Of a stretch of DNA of 43,063 nucleotides, positions 8,342-19,162 are shown one piece after another; positions within the stretch are counted from its first letter, which is position 1; every line of letters starts with the position of its first letter. The position numbers and the translations under genes are program-made. Location of the stretch: positions 1-43,063 of the IMG/VR virus record IMGVR_UViG_3300020049_009769; one strand, written 5' to 3'. Source of the DNA: a virus. The notes below the pieces were generated by a model. The model had not been told where the DNA came from, made no database searches, and worked only from the letters and a program-made list of their open reading frames with translations.

Positions 8342-10723
8342 TTAATATTTGATTACCCATTGAACAGAAAAATTAAAAGGCCTAGGTTCGCTTTGGCCTG
8401 AGTAGCCGGTTATACCCGCCGCATCGGCGCCTACATTTACCGTCGTACCTGAAGTGCCTACAGTTTCAAAACCCTCGTTACTACCATGCGCATGCTGTAA
8501 ATTTGCATAGGTTTGATAGCTGCCGATATCTTCGATATATTGAGAAAGAAGCGAGTATTTAGCTAAAGAAGATTGATCGCCTAACGTGTCTAAAGAGCCT
8601 AAATCAACACCACGTAAAAATGCGCCGTTAAGATTTGGCACTGCATATTGATAACCATTAATAGCAATTTTTGTTTTTGTTACGATTTGTGCCGCGGTTT
8701 CTGTGCCGTCGATATCAACTTGAATTACACGCGTAAACGCGCCCGCTGGAGCAGTGCCAGCGCCTGCTTTTTTATACCAAACAGCATTTTGCACGCCGTT
8801 AGTGTAGAACGTAAACCAAGCTCCTGCGGGTATAGCAGAGCCTGCAACCGTAGTGATTTGCGTTACATTGCAGCCAGCAATAACATCGCGCATAACGCCG
8901 ATTGCTTCTTGTATTGTGTAGGTAGAAAGTAACGGGCATAGAATGCCGGTGCCCCCAGGCGCGGGGTCTGCGCCTGCGCCATTAATCGTAAACCACATGT
9001 AATAATTTGTAGCCGTGTTTCGAAAAGTAAAATAGGTTCCGGCAGCCGGTAAGCTGGATATTTCAACCGTGAATTCATAGGACGCGCCCGGTGCATTTAC
9101 TTCTTCCGCTAATGAAAGACCAGACGTTCCCGCGCTTAAACCTGTTATAACCCCGGCGGTTTTACAATAGCAAATTAAAACCGTATTCATGGCATTAGGG
9201 TAAGCGAAATAATCATAAGCCGTGGTTCCGGCTTTTGATGTTGCAATAGTGAAAGTTGGCGATGTAGCACCATTGGCTGTCGCAGTTTGTAAACCGGCTT
9301 TATTCGTCGTTAATCTAAATTGATTTGTCGGATTTGCGTATGTATAAACAGTACCAAAAGAATTACCGGTACCGTAAAGCGGTAAATAATCCGCTAGGTC
9401 AAAAATCTTTGTCCATAACCTGGCGTAAGGTATGCCTAGAGGAGAATAATCCGTTGTTTTTAATTCTGTGCCATCGCATAAAATCTCGTTACTTACGACG
9501 CTTAAGCTATTTACGAAACCGCCGGAATAGGCTTGGCCGTAGATTTTTCCAATAACAGAACTATCAAATATTGCGCCTTCTAATGTGTAAACAACAGGTA
9601 GATATAAATCGCTACCATTAGGATTTGGTATCGGCATAGAGCCCAAAATACCTTGCGCCTTTACAATCGTTTGTGGCTGTGGTGGATAAAATGTAACGGT
9701 TTCTGTACCTTGAAATAACATAAAATCGGTTAACTGAACATCGAAAGAGCTTTCAGGGCTTCTTAATGAAATTTGAACATAATCGTCATTATTGGTACCA
9801 AGTGTTCCTGTGTTGCCATCAAAGCCAGGAATTTGGATTGTTTTATAGGCGTAAGTAGGTGTTATAGATATCGTGCCTAAACTCACTGGATTAGAAATTG
9901 ATGGTGAACCACCGGTGCCAAAATTGTAAGTTATAAATACTTCGAAAGTATAGGTGGTTGCATTGTTACTTTCTGCTGCGAACACGAAAGTGTAAGGTTG
10001 TGAGCCAACAGGATCGCCGCCTGAAAAAGTATTAACACCTTCAAACTGAATGGCTATGTCATGTACTTGGTCATCAGAAACAAAGTTTGTACATTTAAAA
10101 TTAAATCCGTAGCGTGGATAATCATTTAAACTACCGATACCCGTTGTAATACGCTCGAATGAATTATCAAAAGTGGAAGTCCCACCGACAGAGCGTATAA
10201 AAAACCAGCCGCCTTGAGCGATGGGTTGCAATAAGGAAGTTCCATCGTTGAGAGGGGGCGGCTGTAAAGTAGAGATAATGTCATTATGCACCACGAATTG
10301 GCCGTTAGCAATAAAGTTTCGATTGTCTAAACCGGTAGCATCCCCGCCGCCATCACCCATCGGTGGCCAATTTTCACGAGTAAATTGCGAGACAGCGCCA
10401 GAGCTTTTAACGTCAATATAATATTTCTCAACTACACTGCTATTTTCTTCTGGCAATCCTTCGTAAGGATAATAATAAGGTACGATGTTATTACCTAACG
10501 CATCTTGAAATGTACCTACGGCGGATAATGTACAAGGGTTAGGTAAGGGCGCCCAGTTGTATGCGCCTGGTGAGCCCGTTAATTGATAAACTGCTTTTTT
10601 TTGTGTCCTGTTATTATCTTCATAAAAAGTTACAACACCAGCCGCTAAGGGCGCGCCAGTAATCTTGTTAACAAAATAACTTTCTAAATCCGATGTAACG
10701 ATAAACTTTGTTTCATCAACCAT
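8342..10723 (-). CDS. Tail fibre protein with a C-terminal phage tail-collar domain, 793 aa
   Basis: C-terminus VPNLNGAFLRG...LQHAHG...SEPRPFNFSVQWVIKY matches the tail-collar signature (PDLRGxF...H.H...RP.N..). Confidence 0.75.
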   Translation of the reverse strand: MVDETKFIVTSDLESYFVNKITGAPLAAGVVTFYEDNNRTQKKAVYQLTGSPGAYNWAPLPNPCTLSAVGTFQDALGNNIVPYYYPYEGLPEENSSVVEKYYIDVKSSGAVSQFTRENWPPMGDGGGDATGLDNRNFIANGQFVVHNDIISTLQPPPLNDGTSLLQPIAQGGWFFIRSVGGTSTFDNSFERITTGIGSLNDYPRYGFNFKCTNFVSDDQVHDIAIQFEGVNTFSGGDPVGSQPYTFVFAAESNNATTYTFEVFITYNFGTGGSPSISNPVSLGTISITPTYAYKTIQIPGFDGNTGTLGTNNDDYVQISLRSPESSFDVQLTDFMLFQGTETVTFYPPQPQTIVKAQGILGSMPIPNPNGSDLYLPVVYTLEGAIFDSSVIGKIYGQAYSGGFVNSLSVVSNEILCDGTELKTTDYSPLGIPYARLWTKIFDLADYLPLYGTGNSFGTVYTYANPTNQFRLTTNKAGLQTATANGATSPTFTIATSKAGTTAYDYFAYPNAMNTVLICYCKTAGVITGLSAGTSGLSLAEEVNAPGASYEFTVEISSLPAAGTYFTFRNTATNYYMWFTINGAGADPAPGGTGILCPLLSTYTIQEAIGVMRDVIAGCNVTQITTVAGSAIPAGAWFTFYTNGVQNAVWYKKAGAGTAPAGAFTRVIQVDIDGTETAAQIVTKTKIAINGYQYAVPNLNGAFLRGVDLGSLDTLGDQSSLAKYSLLSQYIEDIGSYQTYANLQHAHGSNEGFETVGTSGTTVNVGADAAGITGYSGQSEPRPFNFSVQWVIKY

Positions 10724-12671
10724 TATTATTTCCTCGTGATGATAAATTAATTATTTGCGCTAATTTAGTTACTAGCTCTTGCGTTTTACCGCCTTCGAAT
10801 TTAGTTTTATTTTCTAACATTTGCTTAACTAAGTTTTCTCTTAATTTTTCGCTGGTTAATTTTTTAGTTGCGACTTTACCTACCGTACTTAAACCGCCTA
10901 AAGCTATTGCGCCACCTGCGATAGCGCCGGGCAACCCTGCAATTTTCGCCCCTGTTCCAATGGCTGATAAAACAACTGTCGCTGGACCCCATTGACTTGA
11001 GCGAAAACCTGTTAATGGATTTGCTAACGCTCTTTCACCTTCCGCATTTAAATCAATACCTTTAGAAAGGTTATCCATAGCCTTTAAATCTTCTGGGCTG
11101 TTATTAAATAATTCTTCTTTTTGAGTAGGGCCTAGCGCTTTATGCAACGTATTTAATCGACCTAAATTTACATTGCCTTTATTGTCTACGGCGGATTTGT
11201 AATAAGAATATTTTAATAAGTCTTTTTGCTTGTCTGGCAATTTGCTTGTCAGCTTTTTAAGCAAAGACCCTCTGTCGGTTTTTCTGCTGGTTTTTAAAAA
11301 GGTGTTTAATATTAAATCGGTATCACCTTCGCCGGTTTCTAAATATTTTTGTATATCTTTATCTTCAAAAGGTGCCCATTGCTCAGCGTAAAACTTTCTA
11401 TAATCATCACGTAATTTCATAACCTGCGGGTCTTTCGATGCGTTCAACGCTTCGTCAATATCTTTTTTAGCTGCTTTATCTAAACGATTATAAATTCCGC
11501 CTTCATATTTATCGCCTGACATAAATAACTTGGATGCCTTTTCTCTAAAAAGCTTTGGTCTGGAAATGTCTGCGCCTTTAAGCGATTTTATTTTCTCTGG
11601 GCTATTAGCATGCTTATCAATTGTTTTAATTAACTTGGGGTTTTCGTCTTGTAAATCCTCAAATAAATCTGGATCATCACGGATTTCTAAGCTTAGGTCT
11701 TGAGCTGCTTCTTTAAGGTTTTTATTACCAACCTTTACGCCTGCATTTTCTGCGGCTTTATTTAAAGCTTTTTCTTTTTGATTCTTCACTCCTTGCAGCT
11801 CGTCCTTGGTGGCATTCATTGCCTTTCTAATTTCAGATAAAGCGTTATTAGGCTCAGTATTACCCCTAAATCTTTCCAAAATATTTTCAGCATTTCCTTT
11901 TAGTTTTTTAGCTGTGCCTAAAATGGCGTTTTTTGCGCCGGTGAATGGAATTGATGAGGCTTTTGTTTCAAGTGTATTTTTAAGATACGAATTACCAATG
12001 ACATCGCCTAGACCAGTTTCAGTGCCTTTTGAGGCTTCGAGATTTTCTTGTAGCTCTTCGGGCGATAATTGGCCACGTAATATTTTAGAAGGTCTGCTTT
12101 TTTCAAGAAATTTAAATACGCCAGGTAATAAAGTCCCCATAGCTTCAGAAACAGCGGCGCCCTCTTCCTTCTCGCCTTGAGGTGCATTTAAAGCCGTTGC
12201 GCCGGTAGCGGGAAGTGATTTAACAGCATTCTTTGAAAGAAACTGAACTATCTTAGGGTATTTAGCAGTGGCTTGCTCAACAAGCTTTTCACCTAGCTTT
12301 GCCTTTTCTAAAGGGCTAACACTGAATATTTCACCAGCTCCACGCGCTAGGTTTGCCTCTTTATTATTTCTACCGCTGCCTATTTTATTAAATATCCAGG
12401 AATAATCTGTTTTATCCTGCATGCTTTTTGGTAAAGCTAGATTAGCCAATCCTTGACCGCCTCTTTCTAAAGATTGTAAATAGCCTTGAACGGCGTCACG
12501 CGCATCTGCTTGGACGTTGGGCGTATTGTTTTTTAGCTGACTCATAGCTTCATTTAATGTTGGACTTTTTATATCAGAATCATTACCCGCAAGTGCTTCA
12601 CTGATTTCGTCATCTGTCGCTTCATCAGGAAAATTATGTATGGTGTCGCCAACTCTTATATGTCTCGTCAT
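10716..12671 (-). CDS. Internal virion/ejection-type protein, 651 aa
   Basis: K/E-rich helical protein with a Gly-rich hydrophobic C-terminal segment (VVLSAIGTGAKIAGLPGAIAGGAIALGGLSTVG). Position matches the P22 ejection proteins. Confidence 0.55.
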   Translation of the reverse strand: MTRHIRVGDTIHNFPDEATDDEISEALAGNDSDIKSPTLNEAMSQLKNNTPNVQADARDAVQGYLQSLERGGQGLANLALPKSMQDKTDYSWIFNKIGSGRNNKEANLARGAGEIFSVSPLEKAKLGEKLVEQATAKYPKIVQFLSKNAVKSLPATGATALNAPQGEKEEGAAVSEAMGTLLPGVFKFLEKSRPSKILRGQLSPEELQENLEASKGTETGLGDVIGNSYLKNTLETKASSIPFTGAKNAILGTAKKLKGNAENILERFRGNTEPNNALSEIRKAMNATKDELQGVKNQKEKALNKAAENAGVKVGNKNLKEAAQDLSLEIRDDPDLFEDLQDENPKLIKTIDKHANSPEKIKSLKGADISRPKLFREKASKLFMSGDKYEGGIYNRLDKAAKKDIDEALNASKDPQVMKLRDDYRKFYAEQWAPFEDKDIQKYLETGEGDTDLILNTFLKTSRKTDRGSLLKKLTSKLPDKQKDLLKYSYYKSAVDNKGNVNLGRLNTLHKALGPTQKEELFNNSPEDLKAMDNLSKGIDLNAEGERALANPLTGFRSSQWGPATVVLSAIGTGAKIAGLPGAIAGGAIALGGLSTVGKVATKKLTSEKLRENLVKQMLENKTKFEGGKTQELVTKLAQIINLSSRGNNNG

Positions 12672-13771
12672 TGCTTTTCATACTTCCCTGTTTTAGGGTT
12701 TTTGACCCAGTTTTCAACGTTTTGGGCGCCGGAGGTTACGTCATTTGAGATATCATCGGGTGAAAAAGATTGTTCGCTCGAGCTGTCTTCATCCGGTGGC
12801 GCAAATCCCTGACGCGCTTCAATACCAACTTTTTCACGAGCCCGTAACATGTTGCCGAATAATTCATCAAGTGCTCTGATGTACTCTTGTTTAGATTCCC
12901 CCGATTGCATTACTTTTGAAATCTTAGAATACGTTGGGGAATTACCTAAAATATCATGCAATCCTGAAATGGTAGGGTTAGCGCCCATAATCCAATCACG
13001 AACACGTGCTTGTTCAATATTAGCCGTTTGCGCGGCAAGAAATCGTCCAAGCTTTTTCTGAGAATCTGGGTCTGAGCTAAATTGATCTCTAATTTGCTCA
13101 AAGCTATATCCATCAAAAGTTTTTCCATAAGGCTTAATAGCATCTGAAATAAATTTACTAATTACTTTATTTTCCGCTTCAGACTGTTTACCCTTGATTA
13201 AGTTTGTTAATAATGCTGCTGTAGTATTTGGTCTTTGCCATCGACTTATTGCATCAAGCGTTGTTTGCTTTGGTGTATTTAATGGGGTACCATCAGATAA
13301 AGTTGTTTTGCCTGTTTCATAAGCGTTTATGGCATCTCTTACTTTGCTCAAATCGCCTTTTAATTGCGGATTGTCAGCAGAAACTTGATTAACTAAAAAA
13401 TCCCATTGCTGACCTTCCGCTCCCTGTATAGGCTTTCTATCCGCGAGATTATTGTTTCTTTTAATTATAGATTCTTGCATCTGAGGTAAAAACTTATTCA
13501 AGATGCTTTTTTGCATATTGCCAAGTAATGTTTGATCTAACCCTGCTTGTTGTTTATCACGCTCAAAGGGTAAATCAATTTGTGTCTTTTGATTTCCTAA
13601 TTGTGCCGCTAATAATTTTTCTTTTTCTTCGTCACCAATGTAAGGTAATTGTGCTTCTAATTTTTGATTAGCCAAACGCTTACCTTGACGTTGTAAGCCT
13701 TTATTTATGCCATTAAGCAATGGATTGTTATCTGTATTTCGACCAAAAAAATTAGGATTACCAATATTCAT
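12668..13771 (-). CDS. Internal virion/ejection-type protein, 367 aa
   Basis: ORF track; Q/N/K-rich; overlapping start/stop coupling with both neighbours; synteny. Confidence 0.5.
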   Translation of the reverse strand: MNIGNPNFFGRNTDNNPLLNGINKGLQRQGKRLANQKLEAQLPYIGDEEKEKLLAAQLGNQKTQIDLPFERDKQQAGLDQTLLGNMQKSILNKFLPQMQESIIKRNNNLADRKPIQGAEGQQWDFLVNQVSADNPQLKGDLSKVRDAINAYETGKTTLSDGTPLNTPKQTTLDAISRWQRPNTTAALLTNLIKGKQSEAENKVISKFISDAIKPYGKTFDGYSFEQIRDQFSSDPDSQKKLGRFLAAQTANIEQARVRDWIMGANPTISGLHDILGNSPTYSKISKVMQSGESKQEYIRALDELFGNMLRAREKVGIEARQGFAPPDEDSSSEQSFSPDDISNDVTSGAQNVENWVKNPKTGKYEKQ

Positions 13772-14436
13772 TATAAAATATCTCCTAAAATTGGTATTTT
13801 TTTCTTCTTGGCTACATTTAACCCGCCTAAGACACCAAGACCTGCAATGCCGCCACGATGCCTATTTTGATTATTTTGTCCCGAGTATTCGCCTTGCGCT
13901 TGAGCCATTAACGATTGAGCAATGCCAGACGCTAAATCTTTAGACGCATTAAATCCTTGATGCGCTAAGTCACGCTCACCTGCTAAACCGGTTTTATAAA
14001 GCCCTGTCTCACCACTGACGCCCGTATTAAATAAATGCAATGCATTATTTAAATACTGGTTATAGTCTTTCATGGCTAATTGCTCAGCCTCTTGACCAGC
14101 TAATTGTCCATGTTGGTTAGTTCCCGCCATGCCGCCCGCAGCTTGCGCATTAGTGATTGCAGTTTCGCCTTGATTAACTTCATTTTGATATCCTGGTGAT
14201 GCTGTATAACCTGAGCCAATTTGCTTTAAGATTTCGTCTGGGTCAGTAACCATTTGGCTATAATTACTTTGAACCTGACCGCCCATATTGGCTAAATTGC
14301 CATACTGAGTGCCAGCGGTTCCCAGCGCTTGATTGCCGGCATTAATATAAGGCTGATAATAAGGCGTAATCGCCCCCGGTATTTGCTCAACCGTCTTTAA
14401 TGATTTGCTAGCAGGGTTCTTAAATAAAAATCCCAT
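13771..14436 (-). CDS. Internal virion/ejection-type protein, 221 aa (G/Q/N/A-rich)
   Basis: ORF track; low-complexity G/Q/A-rich with a C-terminal GGIAGLGVLGGL hydrophobic patch; synteny. Confidence 0.5.
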   Translation of the reverse strand: MGFLFKNPASKSLKTVEQIPGAITPYYQPYINAGNQALGTAGTQYGNLANMGGQVQSNYSQMVTDPDEILKQIGSGYTASPGYQNEVNQGETAITNAQAAGGMAGTNQHGQLAGQEAEQLAMKDYNQYLNNALHLFNTGVSGETGLYKTGLAGERDLAHQGFNASKDLASGIAQSLMAQAQGEYSGQNNQNRHRGGIAGLGVLGGLNVAKKKKIPILGDIL

Positions 14437-14445
14437 TATTTACCT

Positions 14446-14775
14446 CTATAAATTTGGTATTGCATGAAAAACACCGTCTTGTAATTTAATAAAAAGCTGT
14501 CCATTTGGATTTGCCGTTGACCCACCATTTACCGTTGTACTATCAAAAATCAAGGTACCGGGTAAAACGGTATCACTTGCTTGTAATTGCGCTATTTTAG
14601 TTTGCGGTTGCGGCGGAACTGCAAAACCCTCATTGCTAATTGCTTGCTGCAATGACTGTAATAACGTTTGTAAAAAATTCCATAACGGAGCCGACCAAAC
14701 AAATTCAACATCTCTAAATCTTGGGTCTTCCGTTTCGATGGGTACATCAATAGGTAATGTCGGTATATAACTCAT
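14446..14775 (-). CDS. Virion protein, 109 aa (tail plug/needle position)
   Basis: ORF track; immediately follows the gp10-like gene with a 4-nt overlap. Confidence 0.5.
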   Translation of the reverse strand: MSYIPTLPIDVPIETEDPRFRDVEFVWSAPLWNFLQTLLQSLQQAISNEGFAVPPQPQTKIAQLQASDTVLPGTLIFDSTTVNGGSTANPNGQLFIKLQDGVFHAIPNL

Positions 14776-16235
14776 TGCATAATCCCCTGTATTCCATCTT
14801 TAACAATATATTTCCCGTAGCCATGAAAGCGAAATTGACACGTTAAATTATTAGCCGCCCCTAAGTTGTACCACATTAAACGATTAGCTCTTTGACCTAG
14901 CGGGAACATATCTATCGATACCGCGCTCCCGTAATTAACACCATTATCATTTGATATGGTTAAATCAATTCTGGGAACCAAATCGTCTGCCGGTAAGGTA
15001 AAATTAAAATTACCCTGTCTTACCGTAAAGCCGACATAACCGGTTTTAAATCGGGATTGATCGGGCAGCATCATTGTCGGGCATACGCGAATTTGTGGGA
15101 TTTCCTTAACATCTCCATCACCATAGTCATACGTAGGAAATTCGCTACTAATTTCGTACAGATTGCCATCACGGATTGAAACAAAGAAGTAACGTTCATC
15201 AAAAAAAGCAACCGCTTTAGGTATAAAAGCATTCATATTTTCGTCAGTAAGTGTATAAAACTTACCCGTGTTAAAATCATATAAATAACTGAGATTATCT
15301 TTTACCCATGTCACGATATAACATACATGCCCGTCAAGACGCAGCATATAGCCGTAACAATCCGAGGGATGTTGTAATTGAGATAATTTATAATCAATAC
15401 CATCCGTTGAGATTTTTTGAATGTTTGCGCCGTTGGTGTACATGATAGCAATACCAGACTTTTCATTCTGCCCTACCCAGCAAACCATTTTTTCATTAGT
15501 AGCAATCGTTGCCGGATTAATGCAGCCATAGTCAATATTGGTATTTTGATTACGTTGATACGGAAATAATGTTGCACCTACGTTTTGCCATAATTCAGTG
15601 ACGTTATCACCAAAGACTAATAATAAATTGCCCCTCCCTGGAAAACGTACACAAGCCACGCAATTACCGGGCTTTGTTTCTATAGCGCCCTGTTGCTGGG
15701 ATGAGCTTGCATTCCAGGATTTTGCTTGGTTTGGCCCTGAGATATACCAAAAATGCGTATCAAGCCCTGGGCTAATAATATAGGTTGTCTGGAAAGTTAA
15801 ATAACCGGGTCTAAACCCTAAATCTGTAGCTGTTAATTTACTAAAGGTAGGCGCGGCTAATATATCGTAAATATAAAGGCTTTGTTGGTCGCTAAAGATA
15901 ACTTGTCCATTATTGTTTTCATCGATAAAAACATCACCTTCATAACTATCCATTTGACCAATGTAAGTTTGTGCAAAATTACGGTCAAAAGCATAAATGT
16001 CATTATCAATCACAACGAATAGTTTTTTTAATATTTGACTAGAAAATATGGCTCGGCCTACGCCCTGGTCACTGATTTGCACGACTCTTGCGTAACCCGC
16101 GAAAGGAACTAAGGCATCATCAGAAATAATCATATTGAAGGTTTCTTCGGGCGAAATCTGAGGAAAGCGACCGAATAAATTGGAACCTACAATTTTTAAT
16201 TCTAAATCTTTGTATTCTGGTGAGCCACCTTTCAT
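14772..16235 (-). CDS. P22 gp10-like tail hub / packaged-DNA stabilisation protein, 487 aa
   Basis: Size and position match. The N-terminal pattern FNMIISDDALVPFAGYARV...GVGRAI...IYAFD parallels P22 gp10 NML...SGYLRSFPGI...GVSRGV...VYRV. Confidence 0.55.
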   Translation of the reverse strand: MKGGSPEYKDLELKIVGSNLFGRFPQISPEETFNMIISDDALVPFAGYARVVQISDQGVGRAIFSSQILKKLFVVIDNDIYAFDRNFAQTYIGQMDSYEGDVFIDENNNGQVIFSDQQSLYIYDILAAPTFSKLTATDLGFRPGYLTFQTTYIISPGLDTHFWYISGPNQAKSWNASSSQQQGAIETKPGNCVACVRFPGRGNLLLVFGDNVTELWQNVGATLFPYQRNQNTNIDYGCINPATIATNEKMVCWVGQNEKSGIAIMYTNGANIQKISTDGIDYKLSQLQHPSDCYGYMLRLDGHVCYIVTWVKDNLSYLYDFNTGKFYTLTDENMNAFIPKAVAFFDERYFFVSIRDGNLYEISSEFPTYDYGDGDVKEIPQIRVCPTMMLPDQSRFKTGYVGFTVRQGNFNFTLPADDLVPRIDLTISNDNGVNYGSAVSIDMFPLGQRANRLMWYNLGAANNLTCQFRFHGYGKYIVKDGIQGIMQ

Positions 16236-16942
16236 TAATTAGGCTCCCATCCGCGACCGATATTGATTTGCTGCCAATCAACGCCTGTCTTATTATTAAT
16301 AAATCTTGTTTTCTTGATTGTTAAATCGGGTGGAGAAACCCAGGCAAGTTGTTTTTGAATACTTCTTAGCATTTTAGTTTTGCTTGCTGGAAATTCCATA
16401 TCTTGGTCTTGACACATATATTGCGCCAATGCGTAACGCAAGTATTCAATGTAGAAATTATCGTAAGTTAACGATAAATCTGTTGTTAAATCGACATTCG
16501 TTAAAGCAAATTTTGCGGTAATTTGCGCCGCATAGGGCGCTTGAGGTAAAAAATAAACATACAAATTTATACCATTTTCTTTACGCTCTGGGTACCACAT
16601 AAAAGGCAATGATTGAATGTTTGTAACACGACCTGTGCCGAAATAAGAGTCACGCGAAACTTTATTCGTTGGGTATCTTACATCACCGTCTAGAAAGAAA
16701 GTAAATGTTTCTATATCAATCACGTTTTCTAAGAAATACGTTTCCTGTCCTGCGACTAAGGTAAAATCGTATTTGCGATAGTAAGGTATTAAGCGCATAT
16801 CAACAGATTTCATCGCTAATAAAGCATTGAGCAGATACAGGCCCTCAGTGATTTGAGCGCCTGATACTGTCTGCAAGTCTTTTGCAACGATGCCTGATAA
16901 ATACCAGGCTCTCGTTATTAGTTCCGTTACCGTATACGCCAC
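16235..16942 (-). CDS. P22 gp4-like head-to-tail adaptor, 235 aa
   Basis: N-terminus ELITRAWYLSGIVAKDLQTVSGAQITEGLYLLNALLAM resembles gp4 DLVRAALRKLGVAS...MQDAVDDLEAMMAE. Sits between the coat region and the gp10-like gene. Confidence 0.5.
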   Translation of the reverse strand: MAYTVTELITRAWYLSGIVAKDLQTVSGAQITEGLYLLNALLAMKSVDMRLIPYYRKYDFTLVAGQETYFLENVIDIETFTFFLDGDVRYPTNKVSRDSYFGTGRVTNIQSLPFMWYPERKENGINLYVYFLPQAPYAAQITAKFALTNVDLTTDLSLTYDNFYIEYLRYALAQYMCQDQDMEFPASKTKMLRSIQKQLAWVSPPDLTIKKTRFINNKTGVDWQQINIGRGWEPN

Positions 16943-16967
16943 GCTTAATACCCTCCATCGCTATGGC

Positions 16968-17783
16968 TTATAAGAAAATCTGGAAACCGGCGACATTTAA
17001 TGCCGCTGCATCACCAGAGTTACTAACCTTATAAGAAATGCTAGGTGCGCCACTATTTAACTTAGAAGCTAAAAAGCTATTGGACGTCACAACAACCGAG
17101 GTTACTTGACCCGTAATCGCAATCGCATTACCTGTTCCACCATAAGGAGTCAGATTAAGAATACGACTTGCTGCACCCGGGGTGAATGCGCTAGCAATCC
17201 AAACCGGCGTACCGTCAATCGCAGGCACTAAGTTAGTTAATGCTGCTGCTGTATAGCTGGTTGCATTACCTGCGGTCACAGCAGTAGCTTGTGGCGCATC
17301 ATACATGATGGTGCGTGTATTGCTATTACCAAGCTTATTAACAGGTAAGAAATGCGCGCTTGAATCAGTAACCATGATATCAACCCAACGATAAATACCA
17401 TAACCGCTTGGCAGCAATGGGCCGGTTGCTGGGCCGGTTAATGAAATTAAGCATTTAGGAATGCTGGCAGTTGAGCCATAAATAAAATCACTGATGATAT
17501 AAACATAGTAAATTCTACTTGCGGTTAATGTGCCAGTATCTAAACCATTGACGCCGTTGGTTGTTGCATCAATAACAGTTACACTATCAACGCTTAAATT
17601 TGCATTAACACCGTTATAATTACCTAAATTCATGTCAAACGTATTGCTTTGGTCACGCCAAATGCCTGCGCTAACATCAATTTTAGTATTGGGGGTGGTT
17701 GCATTATTAGTTGCAACAGCACCAAACCCGACTGGGTAAGGTGCGTTGATGATTTGTGAAGAACCCGTTACATTTTGAGTCAT
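16968..17783 (-). CDS. Virion structural protein, 271 aa (possible capsid decoration/head fibre)
   Basis: ORF track; directly downstream of the coat gene; S/T/N/G-rich beta-type composition. Confidence 0.55.
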   Translation of the reverse strand: MTQNVTGSSQIINAPYPVGFGAVATNNATTPNTKIDVSAGIWRDQSNTFDMNLGNYNGVNANLSVDSVTVIDATTNGVNGLDTGTLTASRIYYVYIISDFIYGSTASIPKCLISLTGPATGPLLPSGYGIYRWVDIMVTDSSAHFLPVNKLGNSNTRTIMYDAPQATAVTAGNATSYTAAALTNLVPAIDGTPVWIASAFTPGAASRILNLTPYGGTGNAIAITGQVTSVVVTSNSFLASKLNSGAPSISYKVSNSGDAAALNVAGFQIFL

Positions 17784-17792
17784 GTTAGTTCC

Positions 17793-19115
17793 TTAGTATG
17801 TGTACAATGGGAATAAGATACGCATAGAGTTTTCAGGCACTAAGGTTGAACCCCAGATACCATCTCGTACGTAAGCTTGGTTATTTTGACCAAATTGATT
17901 ACCCCAGTAGTGACGGATGCTAGCACCTGAATCGGGATCCATCGTGTTAACAGAGTCGTAAGGTGAGTAATCAGGTAATTGCGGCATAGCCAAATAAAAT
18001 TGGTCGCCAGAGTACAACAATCCTGCCACATGCGAAGGCGCTACACGTAATTTCATGCCTGCGCTTAAAGGCGCATTCAAGTTTTGATTTTGTGTAGTTT
18101 GCCATACCAATGGTGGGAAAATTGAAATTGTCACACTGCCCGCAGTAGTTGCGGCATCGGCAGTTGCACGAATTTGCACAGGCTGAGCCGATTGCTTGTG
18201 ACCAATAAAGGTTAAGTAAAACAGATTAGTTTCACCTGTAATACCCCATTGGAATTGCAGTAAATCACCTGCTTTAATTGCATTCGCGTCAGTGGTGCCC
18301 TGTGGCTCTGTAACGGTAATGCTAGTAACGTTATAACCCGTTGGGTCATTGACGCTAACCAATGTAACAATATTGTAACCCGATGATACGCTTGCGTTAC
18401 CGATACTACCTGCAATATGTGTTGGTAATAAGTTAGAAGTATACCAGTCAGTATCTAACCATTTACCCAACTCCCAAGAGTTGGCAATTTCGTTATTACG
18501 ATTAACGGCAAATTGATTTAATCCAGTACCGACAATCGCAGGGATAGCAACATCAGGTAAAATACACTTAACACGTGGCGCAGCACCATAGTTTTTAAAG
18601 TTCGCGACCATTTGCGCTAATTGGTTATAGCTATTAATTTGAGTATAGCCATCACCGAAGAAACGATAAGGGCCTGAGTTAGTTTGTAATGCGCCAAAGT
18701 TTGCATTTTGCGGGTCATTAATACGAACGCCAGAAATTGCATTTAAAAGAATGTCAGACTCAACAATTGTACCAAATTCCTTAATTGCCGCCTCACCAAA
18801 ACGCTGCATGTAATCCTCAACGTTGAAGATAAATTGTTGCGCGGTGTATGCTGCTGAAATATTCGTTGCTTGAGTCACTGATAATGATTGTAAGCGTTGC
18901 GCAGAGGGTTGTTCAGTAATCACCAAACCATTTAGTGCGCGGTATCTTGGGCTCAAATCGAAAGAAACCGTGTCGCCCAAATTGCCGACCTTATCCTGGA
19001 AGTTCTGGAACTTCTTATTAGTCATTCGAATAGCGCAAAACGAGTTTAGCAACCAGGCTAACTCGGCCATTTGGTACGTTTGTACCTGTTGTAAAATATT
19101 AACTGGAACTGCCAT
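17793..19115 (-). CDS. Major capsid (coat) protein, 440 aa
   Basis: Follows the scaffold gene; length typical of P22-type HK97-fold coats; strong RBS context. Confidence 0.7.
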   Translation of the reverse strand: MAVPVNILQQVQTYQMAELAWLLNSFCAIRMTNKKFQNFQDKVGNLGDTVSFDLSPRYRALNGLVITEQPSAQRLQSLSVTQATNISAAYTAQQFIFNVEDYMQRFGEAAIKEFGTIVESDILLNAISGVRINDPQNANFGALQTNSGPYRFFGDGYTQINSYNQLAQMVANFKNYGAAPRVKCILPDVAIPAIVGTGLNQFAVNRNNEIANSWELGKWLDTDWYTSNLLPTHIAGSIGNASVSSGYNIVTLVSVNDPTGYNVTSITVTEPQGTTDANAIKAGDLLQFQWGITGETNLFYLTFIGHKQSAQPVQIRATADAATTAGSVTISIFPPLVWQTTQNQNLNAPLSAGMKLRVAPSHVAGLLYSGDQFYLAMPQLPDYSPYDSVNTMDPDSGASIRHYWGNQFGQNNQAYVRDGIWGSTLVPENSMRILFPLYTY

Positions 19116-19162
19116 TGCAATTACTCCAAAAGTTTAACCTTTTGAGCAATGGCTAGTAGATA